Positions 19,798-27,987 of a DNA stretch of 56,518 nt are shown here, piece after piece. Within the stretch, counting starts at the first letter, position 1. Each line of letters begins with the position of its first letter. Made by a program: the position numbers and the translations under genes. This stretch comes from Flavobacteriales bacterium (GTDB lineage: Bacteria; Bacteroidota; Bacteroidia; Palsa-965). The stretch covers positions 1-56,518 of the forward strand of contig JBEIPA010000033.1 in the NCBI GenBank assembly GCA_040377305.1, given 5' to 3'. Below the pieces are notes generated by a model. That model had not been told where the DNA came from. It saw only the letters and a program-made list of their open reading frames with translations, and searched no databases.

Positions 19798-19862
19798 TGA
19801 TGTACGTCATCTTTTCAACTGAGAACCGTCATTGATATCTCCGTATCGCGCGGGTAGTTTTG
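19798..19862 (+). promoter_or_regulatory. Tandem Crp/Fnr-type boxes and -7 element of the cco operon
   Basis: TGATGTACGTCA 19798-19809, TGAGAACCGTCA 19820-19831; TAGTTTTG 19855-19862, 23-nt spacer. Confidence 0.8.
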
Positions 19863-19882
19863 CTCCGTATTCAGGCTAAAAA

Positions 19883-20065
19883 ATGAGCGCAATATTCATA
19901 CTTATCGGAGCTAGTTTGTTCGTCGCAGTGGGATTTCTGATCCTCTTCATCTACTCGACACGATCAGGTCAGTTCAACGACACTTACACACCATCCGTAC
20001 GTATGCTATTTGATGACGCTCCAAAGCCACCAGTAAAAAAGGACGATAGTTCAGAGAATTTATGA
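19883..20065 (+). CDS. ccoS: cbb3-type oxidase maturation protein CcoS
   Basis: ILIGASL...FL..F....SGQF.D.YTPSVRMLFDD. Confidence 0.92.
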   Translation: MSAIFILIGASLFVAVGFLILFIYSTRSGQFNDTYTPSVRMLFDDAPKPPVKKDDSSENL

Positions 20066-22230
20066 GCACAACTGTAACTGCTATTGAGAAATTCACTTAC
20101 GACAATAAGATCGTTAAGTGGTTTGCGTATGCAACAATGATTTGGGGCCTGATCGGTATGGTGGTCGGATTATGGGTTGCATTGGATCTTGTATTTCCAC
20201 AACTTAATCTCGGATTAAGTTTCACCACGTATGGACGTACGCGACCGCTGCACACCAATGCGGTCATCTTCGCATTCGTGGGTAACGGAATATTTATGGG
20301 CGTGTATTATTCACTCCAGCGCTTGTGTAAAGCGAGAATGTTCAGCGACCTCCTTGGTAAAATACATTTCTGGGGCTGGCAGTTGATTATCGTTTCTGCT
20401 GTGGCAACTATTCCTTTAGGTTTCACAACAGGAAAAGAATACGCCGAACTCGAATGGCCGATCGACATCGCAATTGCTTTGATCTGGGTGGTGTTCGGAA
20501 TAAACATGTTCGGAACAATTCTCCGTCGCCGGGAACGTCACCTGTATGTTGCAATCTGGTTTTACATCGCAACATTCATTACAGTGGCGATGTTACACAT
20601 TGTAAACTCATTTGAACTTCCGGTTACATTCCTGAAAAGTTATTCCTGGTATGCAGGCGTTCAGGATGCGCTCGTACAATGGTGGTATGGTCACAACGCT
20701 GTAGCCTTCTTCCTTACAACACCATATCTCGGGTTGATGTATTATTTCCTTCCGAAAGCTGCGAACCGTCCGGTGTTTTCATATCGCTTGTCAATTATTC
20801 ACTTCTGGGCGTTGATCTTCCTTTATATCTGGGCAGGTCCACACCACCTTTTGTACACATCACTTCCTGATTGGGCGCAGTCGCTCGGAGTTGTTTTCTC
20901 TATCATGCTGATTGCACCATCATGGGGTGGAATGATCAACGGACTTCTTACACTTCGCGGGGCATGGGATCGTGTGCGTGAAGACGTAGTACTGAAATTC
21001 ATGGTCGTTGCGGTTACGGCATACGGAATGGCAACATTTGAAGGTCCGATGCTTTCACTCAAAGGTGTGAACGCAATTGCTCACTTCACAGATTGGATCG
21101 TTGCACACGTACACGTTGGTGCATTGGGATGGAACGGATTCTTAACGTTCGGAATTCTGTACTGGCTCATTCCACGCATGTTCCGCACACAATTGTATTC
21201 AAAGAAACTTGCTGGGGTACATTTCTGGCTGGGAACTCTGGGAATTCTATTCTATGCAATCCCGATGTATTGGGCAGGACTTGAGCAGAGTTTGATGTGG
21301 AAAGATTTCAATCCGGATGGAACACTTGCCAATAAATTTCTGGATACCGTTACGCACATCGCACCTATGTATGCATTGCGTTCAGTAGGCGGCACATTGT
21401 ATCTCGCTGGTGTAATCATCATGACGTACAACCTGATCAAGACAATCAAAATAGGTTCGTTTCTCGCGAATGAAGATGCAGAAGCACCAGCACTTGCGAA
21501 GTCTTACACCATTCATGGCAAAGAACACTGGCACCGTTGGATTGAGCGTCGTCCTGTGCAATTGATGGTACTCAGTTTAGTTGTTGTTATCATCGGCGGA
21601 TTGATAGAATTTGTTCCAACGTTCCTGGTCGAATCAAACGTTCCGACGATTGCAAGTGTTAAACCTTATACACCACTTGAGCTGGAAGGGCGTGACATTT
21701 ATGTGCGCGAAGGATGTTACACGTGTCACTCACAAATGGTTCGTCCTTTCCGTTCTGAAACCGCACGTTACGGAGAATACTCCAAAGCGGGAGAATTCGT
21801 TTACGATCATCCATTCCAGTGGGGTTCTAAACGAACAGGTCCCGATCTGGCACGCATAGGAGGGAAATATATCGATGGCTGGCACTACAGTCACATGTAC
21901 GATCCAACTTCCATGGCACCGGGATCTATTATGCCATCATATCCGTGGTTGTTTGATCAGAAAATTGATTTCACAATTACACCTAAAAAAATCAAAGCTA
22001 TGCAAACGCTGGGTGTTCCTTATCCTGAGGGATATGAAAATCAGAGCGTAGCTGATGCACGGGCACAAGGGGAGAAAATTGTTGCTAACCTGAAGGAGTC
22101 TAAGGTGCCAGAAGTAGCACCATTGGAACCGGATGATGAAATCGTAGCGTTGATTGCCTATCTGCAGCGACTCGGAACTGACATTAAAGTTAAACCTTCA
22201 GCACCAGCTGATACAACACAAAGCAAATGA
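20062..22230 (+). CDS. ccoN: cbb3-type cytochrome c oxidase, fused subunits I/II (CcoNO)
   Basis: RPLHTNAV, WWYGHN, WAGPHH, HVH; C-terminal CYTCHSQMVRP, GSKRTGPDL. Confidence 0.97.
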   Translation: MSTTVTAIEKFTYDNKIVKWFAYATMIWGLIGMVVGLWVALDLVFPQLNLGLSFTTYGRTRPLHTNAVIFAFVGNGIFMGVYYSLQRLCKARMFSDLLGKIHFWGWQLIIVSAVATIPLGFTTGKEYAELEWPIDIAIALIWVVFGINMFGTILRRRERHLYVAIWFYIATFITVAMLHIVNSFELPVTFLKSYSWYAGVQDALVQWWYGHNAVAFFLTTPYLGLMYYFLPKAANRPVFSYRLSIIHFWALIFLYIWAGPHHLLYTSLPDWAQSLGVVFSIMLIAPSWGGMINGLLTLRGAWDRVREDVVLKFMVVAVTAYGMATFEGPMLSLKGVNAIAHFTDWIVAHVHVGALGWNGFLTFGILYWLIPRMFRTQLYSKKLAGVHFWLGTLGILFYAIPMYWAGLEQSLMWKDFNPDGTLANKFLDTVTHIAPMYALRSVGGTLYLAGVIIMTYNLIKTIKIGSFLANEDAEAPALAKSYTIHGKEHWHRWIERRPVQLMVLSLVVVIIGGLIEFVPTFLVESNVPTIASVKPYTPLELEGRDIYVREGCYTCHSQMVRPFRSETARYGEYSKAGEFVYDHPFQWGSKRTGPDLARIGGKYIDGWHYSHMYDPTSMAPGSIMPSYPWLFDQKIDFTITPKKIKAMQTLGVPYPEGYENQSVADARAQGEKIVANLKESKVPEVAPLEPDDEIVALIAYLQRLGTDIKVKPSAPADTTQSK

Positions 22231-22415
22231 AGTTCATTAACTATCTCACCAGCATTACCGGCGTCGAAATATTTCCACTGATCTCGTTGCTGATATTCTT
22301 CGTGTTCTTCAGCGCATTGTTGGTGTACGTTTTTAAGGCTGACAAATCAAGATTGAATTATCTGAGCAACCTTCCTATTGACAAGGACAGCAAAGACAAC
22401 GCAACGAAATCTTAA
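22227..22415 (+). CDS. ccoQ: cbb3-type oxidase subunit CcoQ
   Basis: 62 aa single TM, ISLLIFFVFF..L; ATGA overlap with ccoNO. Confidence 0.85.
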   Translation: MKFINYLTSITGVEIFPLISLLIFFVFFSALLVYVFKADKSRLNYLSNLPIDKDSKDNATKS

Positions 22416-22433
22416 CCAGTAAAGAATGATTTT

Positions 22434-23651
22434 ATGAGTGTGTTCAATTTCAATATGAAGCGATTATTTACAACAGTAATAGGTACTGTTATTTGTGTAG
22501 CGGTTAACGCCGCAGAAACAGCACCTGCGACAGAAAGTACTTCGGTAAGTCCGTTCTCAAGTCCGCTGTTCATTGCTATGCTTGCCATGAGCATTCTTCT
22601 TATGCTGGGAATAGTAGGTTTGGCGGAACTGGTAAAAGCCGGTGCCACTCATCGGAATTTTCGCAACAAGAAAGAAAATGAAAGCAAGGACGGCCTGAAA
22701 ACAATTGCGCTCCTCGGCTTATTGTCTTTGGGAAGTTCGCTGAGTGCGCAGGATGCAACAGTTGTAGTTCAGGAACCTCCGTTCACTTACTGGGGAATGG
22801 GATCAACCGTTTTTTGGTCTATGCTGGCTTTGATTTTTGTTGAAGCGATAATATTCTACGTACTGTATCGTACCGGGATCACACTTCTTCGCAAAGACAA
22901 AGCTCCATTGGCGCTTGTAGAAAAACGGAGCTGGTTCTGGAAATCTGCGGTTATTAAATCAATGACCGATGCAGGTGCTCCGGAAGAAGAAGAAGCGTTG
23001 ATGATGGATCATGAATACGATGGTATACGTGAGCTGGATAATAATTTGCCGGGCTGGTGGAAGTATGGATTTTATCTGACGATTGTTGTCTCTGTTGTTT
23101 ATTTGTTTCACTACCACGTGCTTGGTACCGGACCTTCTTCACAAGAGGAATATGCCAATGAACTAAAAGCGGCCGACGAACAGATTGCTGAATATAGAAA
23201 GACAGCCGCGAATCTGGTTGATGAGAATACCGTAGTTAGGCTTACAGATCCTTCTTCCATCTCAGCTGGTCGAGGAGTTTACGCGGAAAATTGCACACCT
23301 TGTCACGGACAATCCGGAGAAGGTGTTGAAGGATTAGGTCCAAATCTCACAGACGATTACTGGATACACAAGGGTGGCACTGCGAATATTTTCAAGTCGA
23401 TTAAATACGGATGGACGGAAAAAGGAATGAAGTCGTGGGAACAAGATCTGAAACCGCTGGAGATTCAACAGATCGTAAGCTGGATTCAATCTATTCGCGG
23501 AAGCAATCCAGCGAATGCAAGACCAGCACAGGGAGAATTGTATGTTGATGATGCAGATTCTATACCGGGTTCCGATTCCCTCCGCGGCGGGCAGGCTCCG
23601 AAAATTGATTCTGTGAAAAACAAAGATGTAGCTGATACAATTAAAAAATAA
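22434..23651 (+). CDS. ccoP: cbb3-type oxidase subunit CcoP (mono-heme, extended N-terminus)
   Basis: DHEYDGIRELDNNLP.WW, single CTPCH, GPNLTD.YW; start may be 22455. Confidence 0.92.
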   Translation: MSVFNFNMKRLFTTVIGTVICVAVNAAETAPATESTSVSPFSSPLFIAMLAMSILLMLGIVGLAELVKAGATHRNFRNKKENESKDGLKTIALLGLLSLGSSLSAQDATVVVQEPPFTYWGMGSTVFWSMLALIFVEAIIFYVLYRTGITLLRKDKAPLALVEKRSWFWKSAVIKSMTDAGAPEEEEALMMDHEYDGIRELDNNLPGWWKYGFYLTIVVSVVYLFHYHVLGTGPSSQEEYANELKAADEQIAEYRKTAANLVDENTVVRLTDPSSISAGRGVYAENCTPCHGQSGEGVEGLGPNLTDDYWIHKGGTANIFKSIKYGWTEKGMKSWEQDLKPLEIQQIVSWIQSIRGSNPANARPAQGELYVDDADSIPGSDSLRGGQAPKIDSVKNKDVADTIKK

Positions 23652-25138
23652 TGAAGAACACGGGCGGGGATGATATTGCAGATGGAGTAGGGAAGCAGGA
23701 TGAGTCTTTTCGCGATTCAGTAGCCACTATTGATGAGAAAGGCGGAAGAAAGTGGATTTTTCCAAAGAAGCCGAAAGGCAAATTATATTCTGCCCGTACC
23801 GTAGTAAGCGCAATCTACTTGTTGCTGTTTTTTACACTGCCGTTTATCAAGGTAAATGGTAATCCGCTTTTCCTGATCAACATTCTGGAGCGAAAGTTCA
23901 TTCTTTTCGGCGCCATATTCTGGCCTCAGGATTTCATCATTTTCGGAATCGGCATGATCGCATTTATCGTGTTCATTGTCTTGTTCACCATTGCTTTCGG
24001 TCGTGCATTTTGCGGATGGGCGTGCCCACAAACCGTATTCATGGAAATGGTTTTCCGTAAAATCGAATATTGGCTTGATGGTGATGCAGAAAAGCAGCGC
24101 AAACTCGATGCGCAACCCTGGAACAAGGAAAAGATTTTGAAACGTGCGGTGAAGTGGATTATTTTCTACCTCGTTTCAATGCTGATTGCAAATACATTCC
24201 TTTCATACATCATTGGTGTTGATGAAGTAATCAAGATTGTAACGGAACCAATTGCACTGCACGTGGGAGGATTTACAGCTATGCTCATATTCTCCGGAGT
24301 GTTCTTCGGTGTATATGCATGGTTCCGTGAGCAGGTTTGCATCATTGTTTGTCCTTACGGAAGGTTGCAGGGTGTGATGCTTGATCGCGATTCAATCGTA
24401 GTTGCATACGATTACGTTCGTGGTGAACCGCGGGAGATGATCAGAAAGAATGTTGCATCACCCTCTGCCGGCGATTGTGTCGATTGTTCACTCTGCGTTA
24501 AGGTTTGTCCGACTGGAATTGATATCCGCAATGGCACACAACTGGAATGCGTGAACTGTACGGCATGTATTGACGCATGTGATCACGTGATGGAGAAAAC
24601 CAATCGACCGAAAGGACTAATCCGCCTGGCTTCTGAAAATGGAATCAAAAACAAAGCACCACTTCGTTTTACAGCACGACTGAAAGCGTATTCAGCAGTT
24701 CTGGTTGTGTTAATTGGCGTCCTTGCATATTTGTTGCTCAGTCGTTCTGCTTTGGATGTTACTGTGTTCCGGGCATCCGGACAACTCTTTCAGGAGAAGG
24801 GCGACAGCCTGATTACGAATCTCTATACCGTGAGCGTAATCAACAAAACACACTCAAATATTCCGGTAACCTTCAGAATTGAGTCTGGAGATGGTACAAT
24901 TCAGATGGTCGGAAAGAACCTTATTGTGCCGGCAGAATCCAAAGGTGAAACAACATTCTTTATCATCCGCGAACGGGAAAATATTCAGGAACGGAAAACG
25001 AAAATCAAGATCAGTGCGTGGACAGGAAATGTTAGGTTGCAAACTGTATCGACAACATTTCTGGGGCCCGTGTACAGTTCAGCATCAACATCGATGGTAA
25101 TTACGACAGAAGAACAAACTAATTCTAAAACGGAATAA
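23651..25138 (+). CDS. ccoG: Cytochrome c oxidase accessory protein CcoG (FixG)
   Basis: CGWACPQT, C..VCPYGRLQ, CVDC.LCV.VCP, CVNCTACIDAC. Confidence 0.95.
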   Translation: MKNTGGDDIADGVGKQDESFRDSVATIDEKGGRKWIFPKKPKGKLYSARTVVSAIYLLLFFTLPFIKVNGNPLFLINILERKFILFGAIFWPQDFIIFGIGMIAFIVFIVLFTIAFGRAFCGWACPQTVFMEMVFRKIEYWLDGDAEKQRKLDAQPWNKEKILKRAVKWIIFYLVSMLIANTFLSYIIGVDEVIKIVTEPIALHVGGFTAMLIFSGVFFGVYAWFREQVCIIVCPYGRLQGVMLDRDSIVVAYDYVRGEPREMIRKNVASPSAGDCVDCSLCVKVCPTGIDIRNGTQLECVNCTACIDACDHVMEKTNRPKGLIRLASENGIKNKAPLRFTARLKAYSAVLVVLIGVLAYLLLSRSALDVTVFRASGQLFQEKGDSLITNLYTVSVINKTHSNIPVTFRIESGDGTIQMVGKNLIVPAESKGETTFFIIRERENIQERKTKIKISAWTGNVRLQTVSTTFLGPVYSSASTSMVITTEEQTNSKTE

Positions 25139-25139
25139 C

Positions 25140-25577
25140 ATGAGTTGGGGATTAAAAATCGGAATACTGTATGGTTCTTTCGTTGGGATGATTGTTTTCC
25201 TGGTGTTCAGAACAGCGCATGAGAATATTGACCTGGTGTCTGAAGATTACTACCAGCAGGAGTTGGAATTTCAGGACAGAATTGATCAAAGCCTTGCTAC
25301 AGGGAAATTGGGTGCAAATCCGGAAGTGAGAATTACAGCTGATGCAATCGAAATTATTTTTCCGGATAGTGTAGCTCAGCAGGGAATTGCCGGAAGAGCG
25401 CTGTTCTATCGCGCGTCTGATGCAACGAAAGATGTTGCCATTGAGTTGCAGACGAATGATGCAGGCGTACAGCTTGTCGATATTTCCCAATTCACAATAG
25501 GGAATTACCAGTTGAAATTAACGTGGATGTCTGATGGTCATCCGTACTATTACGAAAAGCAACTTTACATTCCATGA
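25140..25577 (+). CDS. ccoH: FixH/CcoH family protein
   Basis: MSWG..I, DLVSEDYY..EL.FQ..ID; position after ccoG. Confidence 0.88.
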   Translation: MSWGLKIGILYGSFVGMIVFLVFRTAHENIDLVSEDYYQQELEFQDRIDQSLATGKLGANPEVRITADAIEIIFPDSVAQQGIAGRALFYRASDATKDVAIELQTNDAGVQLVDISQFTIGNYQLKLTWMSDGHPYYYEKQLYIP

Positions 25578-26275
25578 GCATGTTGCCCTGGACCGCGTTA
25601 TTGCTTGGTGTAGTCGGAAGCCTTCACTGCATAGGAATGTGTGGTCCAATTGCTTTGGCATTGCCGATTGCGCACATGGGTCGGGGATTTCGCATTCGAG
25701 GCATTCTTGCTTACAACTTCGGACGAGCAGCAACGTACAGTGTTTTAGGTGCGATCTCGGGATTGATTGGCAGTGCAATAAACTGGGCGGGAGGACAACA
25801 AGCTCTCTCAATTACAGCCGGAGTGATCATTCTGATTGCGCTCTTTCTTGGATTGGCAGGAAAGAAAATTCCGTTACCGCGCAGCCTGGACAGATTGTAT
25901 GGGAAACTGCGCTCTTCACTTGGAAATCTGTTTCGCGATAAATCAATAAAAGGACTTTTATTCATTGGTCTGCTGAACGGCTTACTACCATGCGGACTTG
26001 TGTTTGCAGCGTTAGCAGGAGCAGCAGCAACGGGAACTTTCTGGCAAGGCGCACTGTTCATGTTCGTGTTTGGGCTTGGAACTATTCCGGCCATGTTTTC
26101 ACTTTCATTCGCAGCAGGTCACTTGTCGGGTAACTTTCGGAATAAGTTACGACGAGCTGTTCCGGTATTCGTAAGTATAATGGCTATACTGCTTATACTT
26201 CGCGGCATGGGATTAGGTATTCCATACGTGAGTCCGGCTGTGGAAAATGACAAGCAGGTTTGTTGTCACCGGTAG
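25574..26275 (+). CDS. DsbD_2/TauE-like cbb3 biogenesis membrane protein
   Basis: HCIGMCGP, YN.GR...Y, LNGLLPCGLV, FGLGT. Confidence 0.88.
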   Translation: MSMLPWTALLLGVVGSLHCIGMCGPIALALPIAHMGRGFRIRGILAYNFGRAATYSVLGAISGLIGSAINWAGGQQALSITAGVIILIALFLGLAGKKIPLPRSLDRLYGKLRSSLGNLFRDKSIKGLLFIGLLNGLLPCGLVFAALAGAAATGTFWQGALFMFVFGLGTIPAMFSLSFAAGHLSGNFRNKLRRAVPVFVSIMAILLILRGMGLGIPYVSPAVENDKQVCCHR

Positions 26276-26289
26276 GTATTGTCGCCCTT

Positions 26290-27492
26290 CTATTCAACGA
26301 CAATCTTACCAGAAGAAATTGATTGTTCTTTTTCGCTGATAACGTACAAGTAAATCCCACTACTGAACATTTCTGCAGTGATATTTATGCGATCCCCGTT
26401 CACATTTGAAATCTGATAGACGACCTTACCATTCGCATCAAAAACTTTCAGGTCGGCATCAACGATTGCATGATCCAATATGATCATACAATCATGTTTA
26501 ACTGGATTCGGATAGACACGTGATCGAATTATTGTCTCGTTTTCAAATACTGACACATCGTGCGGCTTGAACATCCAGAAATCATTTTGATAAGGACCCG
26601 CGTTTCCTGTTCCAACATATCCTTCCTGTCCGATTGCGAATCCAATTGTTCCCCAACGGCCGGGAGTTGGAAAATTGTTGAGCTGTATCCATGAATCACT
26701 CGAAGGAAAATACTCCCAGAAATCATTGTAGTTCGTACCGGTAGAGAAATCAACACCTAAACCACCATACATATTACCGGCAAGGGATATCACTATAAAT
26801 CCTGATCGCGCTGGTCCAGGGAAAGAAGTTTTCTGAGTCCACGTATTAGTTAGCGGATCGTAACAATACAAATCGGAATACATCGCGTTGATGGATACAT
26901 TGCTACCCAGACCAACATAACCGCTTGTCCCAATGGCAAAACCTGCTGCTCCACTTCTAACCGGACACGGTACGCTGGATTTCTGCGTCCATGTGTCAGT
27001 GGAAGGATCGTACTCGTAAAAGTCGTTGTACATCGGACCTTGGCTCCATGCTGTTCCTAATCCTACGTAACCTTTGTTGCCAATAGTAAGCGATGTACAT
27101 GCGTAACGGTTTCCTGCCGGGAAGGATGTTTTTTGCGTCCACATGTTAGTGGATGGATCATATTCCCACAGATCACTAAAAGTTGAGTTTCCGGATAGTC
27201 CGTTACACGCATAACCTTTTGTTCCTATTGAGAATCCCGTTGCGGAATGCCGGGTGCCTCCGCCAAAATTTGCTTTCTGGCTCCACGTATTTGTGAATGA
27301 ATTGTATTCCCACAAATCGTTTTCATAGGCAGATCCGGTAAAGCCGGTTCCAATGTACCCGAAAGTGCCGATGGAAAATCCGAAAGCACCATATCTCGGT
27401 GCTCCACCCAAATTTGCTCTTTGAAGCCAGTTGATTTGCGCCGATGAAATTGTGGCAATAAAGCAGAAGGTGATAAGTAGCCTTGTTCTCAT
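26290..27492 (-). CDS. Kelch-repeat beta-propeller protein with T9SS type A CTD
   Basis: Repeated F.IG..GYVG.G...NDFWEY.P....W.Q; YPNP..GIY...K.VVE C-terminus; signal peptide. Confidence 0.9.
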   Translation of the reverse strand: MRTRLLITFCFIATISSAQINWLQRANLGGAPRYGAFGFSIGTFGYIGTGFTGSAYENDLWEYNSFTNTWSQKANFGGGTRHSATGFSIGTKGYACNGLSGNSTFSDLWEYDPSTNMWTQKTSFPAGNRYACTSLTIGNKGYVGLGTAWSQGPMYNDFYEYDPSTDTWTQKSSVPCPVRSGAAGFAIGTSGYVGLGSNVSINAMYSDLYCYDPLTNTWTQKTSFPGPARSGFIVISLAGNMYGGLGVDFSTGTNYNDFWEYFPSSDSWIQLNNFPTPGRWGTIGFAIGQEGYVGTGNAGPYQNDFWMFKPHDVSVFENETIIRSRVYPNPVKHDCMIILDHAIVDADLKVFDANGKVVYQISNVNGDRINITAEMFSSGIYLYVISEKEQSISSGKIVVE

Positions 27493-27520
27493 TGCGCGCG
27501 ATATTTATTATGCTGTCCAG

Positions 27521-27554
27521 AAAAAATCCCGCAATCATTTCTGACTACGGGATT
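27521..27554 (-). terminator. Intrinsic terminator of the small lipoprotein gene
   Basis: - strand AATCCCGTAGTCA-GAAA-TGATTGCGGGATT followed by a T tract. Confidence 0.8.
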
Positions 27555-27574
27555 CTGAATTTTATTTGTTTCGA

Positions 27575-27883
27575 TTACGGCTTTTTATCTTCCGCTTTCC
27601 TTTTTCCACCGTCTTTGTCGTCATCACCACCGCCAACAATTCCACCGCCATCGCGATCATCGTCTCCGCCGCTAACAATTCCGATTGAGTCTGCATTCAT
27701 TGGATCATCTCCGCCTAATGCACCACCGTTATTGTCCTGATTGCCAACACGCATGTTGCCACCTCCATCACCTGTCGTATAACAGTCTTCCATTGATGGT
27801 CCAACCATTTCCTCTTTTTGACAAGAAGAAACGAAGAGGGCCAAAAGACCTGCAACTATTGCTATTTTCAATTGAACTTTCAT
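27575..27883 (-). CDS. Small acidic lipoprotein with Gly/Asp repeats
   Basis: MKVQLK...FVSS-C lipobox, acidic QKEE after Cys; GIVSGGDDDRDGG/GIVGGGDDDKDGG; 102 aa from ATG 27883. Confidence 0.75.
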   Translation of the reverse strand: MKVQLKIAIVAGLLALFVSSCQKEEMVGPSMEDCYTTGDGGGNMRVGNQDNNGGALGGDDPMNADSIGIVSGGDDDRDGGGIVGGGDDDKDGGKRKAEDKKP

Positions 27884-27906
27884 TTTTCTACAGAATTTCT
27901 GCATAA

Positions 27907-27987
27907 TAAAGATATAACCATTTTTCCAAGTAACAAGCCCCCAAATCGCCGTTTTTAGCCAGCGGTAGCCTGTTTTGCACCCGCGGT
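27907..27987 (-). promoter_or_regulatory. LytTR-type direct repeat and promoter
   Basis: - strand ACCGCGGGT (27979-27987) and ACCGCTGGC (27958-27966), 21-bp period; TTG-N19-TATCTTTA (27907-27914). Confidence 0.6.

Noticed and set aside
20062-22230. ccoN-ccoO fusion as a novelty
   Set aside because: Established arrangement in Bacteroidota.
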